42,127 bases of DNA, from NCBI GenBank assembly GCA_019894815.1, contig JAGXNU010000001.1, positions 1-42,127 on the forward strand. The letters are read 5' to 3'. How positions within the stretch are numbered: position 1 is the first letter of the stretch; each line of letters begins with the position of its first letter. Below the pieces are notes generated by a model. It saw only the letters and a program-made list of their open reading frames with translations, was not told the origin of the DNA and searched no databases. Below are positions 18,382 through 26,926 of this stretch, in pieces. This DNA comes from Promethearchaeota archaeon. Its GTDB lineage: Archaea; Asgardarchaeota; Lokiarchaeia; Sigyniarchaeales; SOKP01. A program made the position numbers and the translations under genes.

Positions 18382-19464
18382 TTGAATGTTTTGTCTTTGG
18401 TTATAATTTGTATTTTTTATTTTTATGCTACTATTTTATTTTATATAACAGTATTATCAAGAAGAAAAGGAGAAACTAGCGCATTTATTAATAATCTCAG
18501 TAATTCTATAGTCTTAATTATTAGTATTACAATCAGTTTAATTCTTATCCAAGTATTAAAAATATCTAAAACTGATTTTATCATTTTTCCATTTGATATT
18601 TTCACCATTTCTTTCATGATAGGTTATTTTCCCATATTATATTTCTTTATTCACCGGGAAAAAAAAAGAATTAAGAATCAAGATGATTCTTGGAAACGTT
18701 ATTATGCTGTTTACGCTCAAGAATTGCCTTTAAAATATGAAATTTATAGAAAATTAACTCATTTAGTTGTATTAGCTATAGTGTTTTTTTATTTTACACT
18801 TGGGTTTTTGGTTCAGAATGTATTTATTTATATCCTTGATCTCTTACCCCCATTAATCTCTGATTTATTTTTTTCTCTCTATAATTTAGAAGGGGACAAA
18901 ATGATATTTACGCAATATTTAGTAGTTTTTTTAGTTGGAATTTCTCTCATAGGTTTAATTTCGGTAGATTTAATACGAATTATCAGACCGGATTACTATC
19001 CTTTAAAACCTGTAAATTTAATACTCCGAGAAAAAGAGATCCAATCGAGAATTGGGCCTCATATCTCAATGGGAGTTGGTTGTTTTTCAATTATAATTAT
19101 ATATGGTATATTTCAACCAATTGGGCCACTAGTGATATGTACGTCGATGACGATGTCAATATTTGGAGATATGGCTTCAAATTTATTCGGTAGAATGGTA
19201 GGACGTAGATCCATTCGAAAAACAAAAAAAACTTATGAAGGTTTGATTGCTGGAATGATCATTGGTTTTGTATCAGGAATGAGCTGCTTGGTTTTATTGA
19301 ATGATTTGTATCATATATCTTATTTTGGATTGTTTATCCTTCCCTCGGTTGGAGCTCTTATTATCGGGGGATTAGATTTTCTTAATTTAGAAATTGATGA
19401 TAATCTCTCATATAATGTGATTATAACACCAATATTATTCTTTCTTTCAACCATTCTTATATAA
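18382..19464 (+). CDS. Polytopic membrane protein of the CTP-dependent polyprenol (dolichol/phytol) kinase / cytidylyltransferase superfamily
   Basis: About 8 hydrophobic segments. C-terminal motif FGDMASNLFGRMVGRRSIRKTKKTYEGLIAG matches the GD..A..(V)G...G....KT.EG signature. Confidence 0.55.
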   Translation: MNVLSLVIICIFYFYATILFYITVLSRRKGETSAFINNLSNSIVLIISITISLILIQVLKISKTDFIIFPFDIFTISFMIGYFPILYFFIHREKKRIKNQDDSWKRYYAVYAQELPLKYEIYRKLTHLVVLAIVFFYFTLGFLVQNVFIYILDLLPPLISDLFFSLYNLEGDKMIFTQYLVVFLVGISLIGLISVDLIRIIRPDYYPLKPVNLILREKEIQSRIGPHISMGVGCFSIIIIYGIFQPIGPLVICTSMTMSIFGDMASNLFGRMVGRRSIRKTKKTYEGLIAGMIIGFVSGMSCLVLLNDLYHISYFGLFILPSVGALIIGGLDFLNLEIDDNLSYNVIITPILFFLSTILI

Positions 19465-19490
19465 TTATCAATCATGATATCACAAATTTT

Positions 19491-20024
19491 ATGAATAAGG
19501 ATAGTTTAATAAATAGGAATATGTCCGAAGATAAACTAAGGATTGATAAAATAAAGAAAGGAACAGTAATTGATCATATCACAGAGGGGTATGCTCTAAC
19601 AATTTTAAATCTTACTGGATTAGATGAATCACCAAATCTCATGACAATTGGTGTCAATGTCTCTTCAAATCAATTCCAAAAGAAAGATATCATTAAAATA
19701 GAGGGTGTATTTCTAAATGAGACACAAATGCAACAAATATCCATTCTTTCTCCAAACAATTCTATATCATTGATTGAGAATTATAAAGTAATTGAAAAGA
19801 AAAAAGTGAAAATTCCTAAAGTTATCAAACAATTGGTTTTATGCGCTAACACAACTTGTATTTCTAATTCAGATGAACCAATCGACTCGGAATTCAATGT
19901 TTTGGAAGAAAAACCCTTGAAAATCCAATGTGTATACTGTAATCGAATGTATAAATTAGATGAAATAACATTCAGTTCAAAAGGTAAAACGGAAAAGAGA
20001 GTAAAGCAACGAATAATGCTATAG
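19491..20024 (+). CDS. pyrI: Aspartate carbamoyltransferase regulatory chain
   Basis: IDKIKKGTVIDHI, KKDIIKIEG, and zinc domain CANTTC...CVYC. The start may be the internal MSEDKL. Confidence 0.8.
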   Translation: MNKDSLINRNMSEDKLRIDKIKKGTVIDHITEGYALTILNLTGLDESPNLMTIGVNVSSNQFQKKDIIKIEGVFLNETQMQQISILSPNNSISLIENYKVIEKKKVKIPKVIKQLVLCANTTCISNSDEPIDSEFNVLEEKPLKIQCVYCNRMYKLDEITFSSKGKTEKRVKQRIML

Positions 20025-20026
20025 AT

Positions 20027-20449
20027 TTAGAAGAAAGCTAACAAAGTATGTACGATTACAGAGATCATCATAAATAGCAAGAAGAAGATTCCAAGACCTG
20101 GTTTGAGAATTTTCTTCCAATTCCATGTTTCCTTATCATATTTATATTTCAATATCACGAAATTGGTTACAAACGGCATCAAAAACCAAAAACAGAGCAT
20201 CCATATTAAAAATGGCCACCCTATGAAACCAATTAATCGTCCAATTAAACCAGATAATGCCCCAGTCAATGCCCGATACCAATATAGGTTAGTTTCCTTT
20301 TCCAATCGTATGTCTAATTCAGTTGTACTTTTTTTTTCTTTCTGATATTCTTTTTTATCCATCTGTTTCATTTTTTCTTTAATAAGCTTTTGCCTTTCCT
20401 TCTTAATATTAATTTTCTTTGATCGAGAATCTTTTTTTGGCATAATCAC
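20027..20449 (-). CDS. Small membrane protein with Lys-rich N-terminus and 2-3 TM helices; possible EMC6/Rab5ip-like fold
   Basis: YRALTGALSGLIGRLIGFIG resembles the EMC6 block [20 protein letters not shown] as I recall it, followed by a W-x-K loop and a second Gly-containing TM helix. Confidence 0.4.
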   Translation of the reverse strand: MIMPKKDSRSKKINIKKERQKLIKEKMKQMDKKEYQKEKKSTTELDIRLEKETNLYWYRALTGALSGLIGRLIGFIGWPFLIWMLCFWFLMPFVTNFVILKYKYDKETWNWKKILKPGLGIFFLLFMMISVIVHTLLAFF

Positions 20450-20528
20450 TTCTATTAATATTGATTATTATAAAAATGATTTTAAATTATAGGATTATAA
20501 CAATATTACTCTTACAGAATAAATAACA

Positions 20529-22580
20529 ATGAAAATTCAAACCAATTTTTCAAATTTTGAAGTACATACAATCTCAAAGGAATTAGATCAAATTCTTTCA
20601 GAAGGAACAATAGTAAATATTTATGAATTGGAAGATTTATTAATTTTAAAAATCTCGACGAAAACGCGTGAAAAAGTTAATCTAATTATAAAAAATGATT
20701 CGAGAATAAACATAACAGAATATGATTATCCAATTCCTAAATATCCAAGCCAATATATTACGTCACTGAGGAAGTTGCTGAAGAATAGAAGGATTAAATC
20801 TGTTTCTCAATATGAATTTGATAGAATAATCATTATTGAAATTCATTCTTATGAAGAAGGAGATTCAAAATTCATAATTGAACTATTTAATAAAGGTAAT
20901 TATCTATTCATAGATGAAAAAAATATTATAAAAATAGCTAAGTCATACAAAAAGTTTAGGGATAGAGATGTTTTAGCAAATCGAGAATATAAATTTCCAA
21001 GCCAACGAGGCATTGGATTTTTAACTATTAATGAGATGGAGTTTATTGATGTAATAAAAAATTCGGATGACGAAATTGTAAGAATTTTAGCAAGAAATAT
21101 TGGAATTTCGGGGTTAATTAGTGAAGAATTATGTTATAGAGCGAAAATAGAAAAAACAAAAAATGTAAAATCACTTAGCGACATCCAACTAAAAGAATTT
21201 TTTAATGTTTTTAAAAATCTCAGAAATCAACTTCTGTTTGGAGAGATAAATGCCCATATTATCTATGATGAAAAAGAAAGCCAATTCACAGTTCTACCAT
21301 TTGAGTTAGAGATTTTTCTAGATTATAAAAAAATATTTTACACCTCTTTTAATCAAGCTGTGGATGCTTATTATTCTAAATTAGATCTTTCAGCAATTAA
21401 ACCACATCAAAACCAAAAAATTATTGATAAAATAGAGGCTTATAACAGAATCCTGCAAAACCAAGAAGAATACCTTCAGGAATTATATAAAATAAAAGAT
21501 AGATATTACGAATATGGAGATTTCATTTATGCCCATTTTAGTGAATTAGAAAAACTTTTTCATGTCATTTCGGAAGCAAAAGATAAAGGATATAATTGGT
21601 ATGATATAAATAAAAAGCTATTAAATGCAAAAAAGACAGGTATAGAAGGTGTCGAATTATTTGTTAAAATCATTCCTGAAAGTCGAGAATTGTTAGTTAA
21701 TATCTTGAATCAAGAAGTGAATTTAGATATAAGAAAAACTATCGGTGAAAATGCGAATTTAATTTATTCCAAAGGAAAAAAAGCGGAACAAAAAATAAAG
21801 GGAACAATAGAAGCGATTAATAAATCTAGGGAAAAAATGACAAAATTTGTTAAAGAGAAAGAATCTCTTGATGATGAGGTAGTAGGATTAGTAAAGAAAA
21901 GAAAACAAGCTTGGTACGAGAAGTTCAGATGGTTTCATTCTTCAAACGGATTCTTAATAATTGGTGGTAGAGATGCTACTTCAAACGAAGTAATATTTAA
22001 AACACATGTGCAATCTGAAGATCTTGTTTTCCATACAAATATTCCTGGATCCCCTCTAGTAATTATTAAAAATCCGGATAATAAAGAGATACCTGAACTA
22101 ACAATAAATGAAGCGGCAATTTTTGTAGGGAGTTATTCTAATGCATGGAAAGAGGATTGGGGTTATATAGACGTCTGGTATGTCAATCCAAATCAAGTAT
22201 CTAAAACTCCCCCCACTGGTGAATTCTTACCTAAAGGATCTTTTATGATCTCTGGTAAGAAGAATGTTATAAAAAATGCAAAAACAGAATTAGGGATTGG
22301 ATTAGAAATAGAAGAATCAAAAACGGATACTGTTGGAGATGAGCGGGTTATATTCCTCAAAATTCTCTGTGGCCCTTTGAGTGCAATTAAAACTCAGGTT
22401 TCACACATTATCAAAATAAAACCTTCGAAAGATGGATTAACAAAAGGAAAGTTAGCGAAAGAAATTAAATCAATACTTATTAATCAAAGTGATGATCTAT
22501 TTAAAAAATGGATAAAATTACTAAAGGTGGACGAGATAATCCTTTCTCTCCCTTCTGGATCCTCAATAATAATCCCCTAA
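20529..22580 (+). CDS. NFACT-family protein (Rqc2/NEMF/FbpA homolog, ribosome quality control)
   Basis: NFACT-N-like N-terminus, central coiled coil, and NFACT-R/DUF814 block WYEKFRWFHSSNGFLIIGGRDATSNEVIFKTHVQSEDLVFHTNIPGSPLVIIK. Confidence 0.8.
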   Translation: MKIQTNFSNFEVHTISKELDQILSEGTIVNIYELEDLLILKISTKTREKVNLIIKNDSRINITEYDYPIPKYPSQYITSLRKLLKNRRIKSVSQYEFDRIIIIEIHSYEEGDSKFIIELFNKGNYLFIDEKNIIKIAKSYKKFRDRDVLANREYKFPSQRGIGFLTINEMEFIDVIKNSDDEIVRILARNIGISGLISEELCYRAKIEKTKNVKSLSDIQLKEFFNVFKNLRNQLLFGEINAHIIYDEKESQFTVLPFELEIFLDYKKIFYTSFNQAVDAYYSKLDLSAIKPHQNQKIIDKIEAYNRILQNQEEYLQELYKIKDRYYEYGDFIYAHFSELEKLFHVISEAKDKGYNWYDINKKLLNAKKTGIEGVELFVKIIPESRELLVNILNQEVNLDIRKTIGENANLIYSKGKKAEQKIKGTIEAINKSREKMTKFVKEKESLDDEVVGLVKKRKQAWYEKFRWFHSSNGFLIIGGRDATSNEVIFKTHVQSEDLVFHTNIPGSPLVIIKNPDNKEIPELTINEAAIFVGSYSNAWKEDWGYIDVWYVNPNQVSKTPPTGEFLPKGSFMISGKKNVIKNAKTELGIGLEIEESKTDTVGDERVIFLKILCGPLSAIKTQVSHIIKIKPSKDGLTKGKLAKEIKSILINQSDDLFKKWIKLLKVDEIILSLPSGSSIIIP

Positions 22581-22581
22581 T

Positions 22582-23319
22582 TCATCTTTTATTAATCAAA
22601 TTTGCTATATATTCAATATTATTATGATTATCAAATAAAATTCCATCGATATTCATATCAATTAGTTTTTTCATAATCGATTTAGGATTCTCATAATCTA
22701 TGAAATTCCAGGCTAAAGCTAATATTTGATTTTCATGGCATTTATTAATAAATTTTGAGGAAATTCTTTCTGAACTCAAACTTATTAAATCTGGTTTAAT
22801 ACGATTAATTTCTAATGAACTTAAGCCTAAGAAAGTCTCTAAATCTGAGCTTTTGGCCTTAGTTATGTTATAACATATTTGAATATATGGATATTTCTTT
22901 TTTATTCTTAATAATTCTCCCAAATCTCTACTGCTAATTACACATGAGTTAATAAGACGTTTTTGAGATATAATTTTCAAAATCTGTTCACTGATACCAT
23001 TTTCTTTTAATTCAAGCATAAAGTAGATTTTATCAAGAAAAGCATCTAATACTTCTTCTAATAATGGAATTTTTGACTTATTCCTATGGGTATTAGCTTT
23101 ACTAATTTCTATATATATCAAATCTTTTACTTTACCAAAACCATTAGTAGTTCTATTGATAGTTTCATCATGAATGACCACCAGTTTTCCGTCTTTAGAT
23201 GTTCTAATATCAAACTCAATATAATTTGCTCCTTTATTAATGGCGATTTTAAATGCCTCTAAGGTATTCTCATCATATTGATATCTGGTTCCTCTGTGAC
23301 CAATTAATAAGAACTCCAT
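22582..23319 (-). CDS. Glycerophosphodiester phosphodiesterase (GDPD family)
   Basis: IGHRG..ENTLEAF, NYIEFDIRTSKDGKLVVIHDETINRTTNGFGKV. Confidence 0.8.
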   Translation of the reverse strand: MEFLLIGHRGTRYQYDENTLEAFKIAINKGANYIEFDIRTSKDGKLVVIHDETINRTTNGFGKVKDLIYIEISKANTHRNKSKIPLLEEVLDAFLDKIYFMLELKENGISEQILKIISQKRLINSCVISSRDLGELLRIKKKYPYIQICYNITKAKSSDLETFLGLSSLEINRIKPDLISLSSERISSKFINKCHENQILALAWNFIDYENPKSIMKKLIDMNIDGILFDNHNNIEYIANLINKR

Positions 23320-23337
23320 TTTAAAAAAATAAAGGGT

Positions 23338-23742
23338 TTAATTATCTTGCAATAAATACAAGTAGGCTAATAAAATTAACAGCCCTGCTAATGTAAAGAT
23401 AAAGACAATAGGGTTTCTGAAAGCTTGAATAAGTGATAGAACTGAAAGCAATATTATATCCTTGAAATTTAAAGGTTTACCTGTTAATTCTTTATAATTT
23501 CCCATGCTTATTATCATAAAAATGAAGAATAACATTATAAAAACAACCTTTATAATTGAGTCAATGAAATTCCAAAGGAGTATACTTGTATCAAAGATCT
23601 CTAAAATTTCTCCATTAAAAAGTATGGAAACAATGAAAAATATCCCACCTAATACTGTTGAACGGATGACGGATTTGAATGCGAATTTATCATCGTTTAC
23701 TTGATTTTTCTTTAAATGATTCTCTTTTTTAATTTTTGACAT
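23338..23742 (-). CDS. Membrane protein (4 TM helices), unknown function
   Basis: Hydrophobic segments throughout. Starts 2 nt after the stop of the upstream gene. Confidence 0.55.
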   Translation of the reverse strand: MSKIKKENHLKKNQVNDDKFAFKSVIRSTVLGGIFFIVSILFNGEILEIFDTSILLWNFIDSIIKVVFIMLFFIFMIISMGNYKELTGKPLNFKDIILLSVLSLIQAFRNPIVFIFTLAGLLILLAYLYLLQDN

Positions 23743-23743
23743 T

Positions 23744-24541
23744 TTAGCTCCTTAATCGCTTGACTTTATCTCTCATTTTTCTGATTGAATTAACATAATA
23801 AATAAAAACTAAGCCAATTACCCCAAAGATAATCATATTAATTATGAGTTTATCAATTGGAGGGTTTGGGGGTGTAAATATTGGATATTGAATTTCAATT
23901 AAAATATTGTTTTTCAAGATCCCTTCAGGATATGATGGCGTTTTTCCAAAGATAATACTAAAATTATATGTAAATTGAGTCTGAAACCATACATCTTGAG
24001 CACTTTCATCATTAATTTCAATTGGTGTTCCATATTCATATGTTATTTTATTACCGTCTAAGCCTGCTGCTCCTTCTCCATTAGAATCATCATCTAAAAT
24101 AAACACTGAATTATTGATGTAGTAATCTAAATACTGAAATTCTCCTGCACTCATATTTGAAAATTGTATCAATCTTGCATCACTATAATCGCCTAATTCA
24201 TCTTCAGAAATTAGAAAACCTACAAATTCCTCATCATGTTCAATCGGGTCTAGTTCAAACTGAATTGATATGAAAAGTGATGTCTGATCTTGCATTATCC
24301 ATAAATCAATGGGTAGTCCATTTTCAGGCAATGAGAGATTTTGATATAAATAGAGGCTATTCTTGTTAGCACCCCCCCACTCATTATTTTGTTGATCAAT
24401 AACTCCATCGATAGTAGGGGTACTTCCAATGGTTGGTATTAACGTAGTTGAACATTTAACATTTTGAATTAATGTGATTGAACTTAAAGAAATAAGGATA
24501 ATAATCGTAAATATCAAAATTTTATTGGTTGGACGTTTCAC
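23744..24541 (-). CDS. Secreted, C-terminally membrane-anchored protein with a possible DOMON/CBM9-like beta-sandwich
   Basis: N-terminal signal-like ILIFTIIILISLSSITLIQNVKC, TIDGVIDQQNNEWGGA motif, and C-terminal TM IINMIIFGVIGLVFIYYV followed by a basic tail. Confidence 0.45.
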   Translation of the reverse strand: MKRPTNKILIFTIIILISLSSITLIQNVKCSTTLIPTIGSTPTIDGVIDQQNNEWGGANKNSLYLYQNLSLPENGLPIDLWIMQDQTSLFISIQFELDPIEHDEEFVGFLISEDELGDYSDARLIQFSNMSAGEFQYLDYYINNSVFILDDDSNGEGAAGLDGNKITYEYGTPIEINDESAQDVWFQTQFTYNFSIIFGKTPSYPEGILKNNILIEIQYPIFTPPNPPIDKLIINMIIFGVIGLVFIYYVNSIRKMRDKVKRLRS

Positions 24542-24839
24542 GTTTTTAAGCCACTTTTATAAATATTATGCTATTAAACATTTTAAGAAATGATAAATAA
24601 AATAAAAAATAGTCCAATTTTAAATTTTTGAATATTATTCTTATCTTTCTTGATTTTAAAAAATATTCAACATTAATCATTAAATAAAGGGATGATTAAA
24701 TAGTGGGTCGCGCATCACCATTGGATATTTATTCAAATGATTCCTTTAACGGATAGAATCAGCAAACTGAGAAATATTGAAGATATCATTTTGCATTGGC
24801 TAATTGTTATGCATTCAATTGGTTGAGTTAAAGGTCTTT

Positions 24840-25301
24840 TCATTGAGATAAGAATTTTGGTATGAATACTATACAATTAAACTTGTTTAGGTATGATACG
24901 ATAAAATTAATAATTCTTTTTATATCTCGTTTTGCATCACTAAAATTTTGACTATTAAATTCAGCAAAGGATTTAGGACCTATAGCCACTAATAATCCTG
25001 ACAAATCTAATTCTCTTTTAATAAGGAACCAAAAGGGCATTTCTTTTTCAATATCTTTTACAATCAACAATAACCAAGGATTTAAAGCCCAATCTTCCTT
25101 ATCAGGACTTAAAACTTCTTCAATTGCGTGTTTCATTGCATAATTTTTCGTGATTTTAATTGCTTTAATTAAACGATTAAAATAACTCCTTTTAATTTTC
25201 AGATATCCTTCAAAGTATACTTTTGCATCGTATAATTCAAACTCTTCATATTTTCCATTTTCTAATTTTAATGTAATTTTCCAAGTATTCATTTCTATCA
25301 C
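24840..25301 (-). CDS. 153-aa hypothetical protein, last gene of the RNase P protein operon
   Basis: 6-nt gap to the upstream ORF on the same strand. No recognised motif. Confidence 0.55.
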   Translation of the reverse strand: MIEMNTWKITLKLENGKYEEFELYDAKVYFEGYLKIKRSYFNRLIKAIKITKNYAMKHAIEEVLSPDKEDWALNPWLLLIVKDIEKEMPFWFLIKRELDLSGLLVAIGPKSFAEFNSQNFSDAKRDIKRIINFIVSYLNKFNCIVFIPKFLSQ

Positions 25302-25307
25302 TAGTAT

Positions 25308-25742
25308 TCAGATATTCAAGCTAATCTCTTCAATATCTATATCTATATGCTTATTTTTAATCTTATCTAAAGAAGTTTTTAAATCTTTATATTTTGAATT
25401 GGAGAATCTTAGTTTTAGATATAATTCAACAATGAAAATATTATCTCTTACTGTAAGACCAGAATTATGAATAATCTTAAAATTTTTTAATAGGGAGGAA
25501 ATTTGCTCAAGATCTTCTACAATTTCTCTAAAGCAGGATACAGTAATTTTTAAAATCTTGTTTACATTAATCGGATAAATCATAAATCTACTAAAATCTT
25601 TCGTATTTGCTTGAATTATAAGTAAAAATTGATCTTTTTGAAATAAATTATTTTTTGAAAGATTTAACCTTAAAGTTCCATCATATTTCTCAATATATCC
25701 AATTGTTAAATTTTTTTCTGTCATTTTAACTTGTGTTAACAC
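25308..25742 (-). CDS. 144-aa hypothetical protein (possible ACT-like C-terminal half)
   Basis: 2-nt gap after pop5. ILKITVSCFREIVEDLEQISSLLKNFKIIHNSGLTVRDNIFIVELYLKL has a beta-alpha-beta-beta pattern. Confidence 0.55.
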   Translation of the reverse strand: MLTQVKMTEKNLTIGYIEKYDGTLRLNLSKNNLFQKDQFLLIIQANTKDFSRFMIYPINVNKILKITVSCFREIVEDLEQISSLLKNFKIIHNSGLTVRDNIFIVELYLKLRFSNSKYKDLKTSLDKIKNKHIDIDIEEISLNI

Positions 25743-25744
25743 GT

Positions 25745-26092
25745 TTAATCTCTGGTTTTCTTAGAAATCATATGATTTTTTATTGATTTTATCGTTCCCG
25801 AAGTTTTAACAGGAGATAAAATTATTTTATTTCCGTTTATCTCAGTGATAAAAGATAAGGCAGTAATTATGATTTCTTTTGTCTGGTGAGCGCATCTAAT
25901 TATCCCAAACTCGTTTTCCAAATCAATCTCAATCACCCATAATCCAATTTTATTCGCCTCTTTCATTCCAAAAAAGCGCCATATTGATTTCCAAATTGAT
26001 TTTAATATATCTGAATGTTCTATTGAAAGAAATCCTTCATTTATTATCTTAAATAGAATATATCTATTACGTTCGTTTCTAACGATATTCAC
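25745..26092 (-). CDS. rnp2: RNase P protein component 2 (Pop5/Rnp2)
   Basis: NRYILFKI, FGIIRCAHQTKEIIITALSFI, VKTSGTIKSIK; 4-nt overlap with the rpp30 stop. Confidence 0.75.
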   Translation of the reverse strand: MNIVRNERNRYILFKIINEGFLSIEHSDILKSIWKSIWRFFGMKEANKIGLWVIEIDLENEFGIIRCAHQTKEIIITALSFITEINGNKIILSPVKTSGTIKSIKNHMISKKTRD

Positions 26093-26811
26093 TCACCTCC
26101 TTTAATGAATTTTATTCCATATTCTATAAAATTCGTATCATATCGATCGTATACTCTCTCTATCAATTTTTTAACATTTTCATTAAATGCTTTTTTTGCT
26201 TCAAGAATTGAGAGCCCTAGCAATGTATGACAAATACTAATTAGAGATCTTGGATGTCTTAAATGAAATGAATCTTCAAAATTTCCACTAATTATGAGAT
26301 TTCCCTTTAAAGACTTAACCAAATGAATTATTCGATATAATTCTCGAAAATTTTTTGATTGTTGAGCTTTATTCACTACCATCATTGATGATAGTGAAAT
26401 TTCAATAAAGGAATTATTTTGTTTTGACAAGGATATTACTCCAGGGGTTAGTGTTTTCATTGTTTTAGGATCTGTAAATGAAATTACATCAACTCTGGAG
26501 TCTTTAGCCGCTTGAATTTGAATTTCTTTATTTGGAGTTTCAATCGAAAGAATGGTTGGTAATTTTTTATTTGTACTTAACTTGTTTTTTAAATCATCAA
26601 CATTTCTAGGTCGTAAAGATATCCGATAATAGATTTGCATCTTTGTCAACGATTTTATTTTTTCTCTTAACTCAACCCCGAGGTTTTTAAAATTTCCAAC
26701 AGGTTCTACAATTACATTTTTTATTCCTAATTTCTCACAAATTGCAAATTTATTTTTAATTTTCTCAAAATTTTCCACATTTAATCTCAGTCTTGATTCA
26801 AAGTAAGACAA
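26089..26811 (-). CDS. rnp3: RNase P protein component 3 (Rpp30/Rnp3)
   Basis: Pattern VDVISF...FIEISLSSMM...LIISGNFEDSFHLRHPRSLISICHTLLGLS, plus conserved adjacency to pop5. Confidence 0.7.
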   Translation of the reverse strand: MSYFESRLRLNVENFEKIKNKFAICEKLGIKNVIVEPVGNFKNLGVELREKIKSLTKMQIYYRISLRPRNVDDLKNKLSTNKKLPTILSIETPNKEIQIQAAKDSRVDVISFTDPKTMKTLTPGVISLSKQNNSFIEISLSSMMVVNKAQQSKNFRELYRIIHLVKSLKGNLIISGNFEDSFHLRHPRSLISICHTLLGLSILEAKKAFNENVKKLIERVYDRYDTNFIEYGIKFIKGGE

Positions 26812-26926
26812 TCGTGAAGGACCTCTTAAAATTCAATAACTTCTTATTAATTCTACAAGATTTGTAAGTGATGTTTTAATAAAAAAATTTTATTATAACT
26901 TAATATTTTAGAAGGTATAGACTTTA

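Noticed and set aside
24691-24775. C/D-box-like words (gatgatt, aatgatt, ctga) in the spacer after the envelope operon
   Set aside because: The boxes are imperfect and the spacings (no CUGA 12 nt after the C-like box; 23 nt before the only CTGA) do not fit C/D sRNA geometry.
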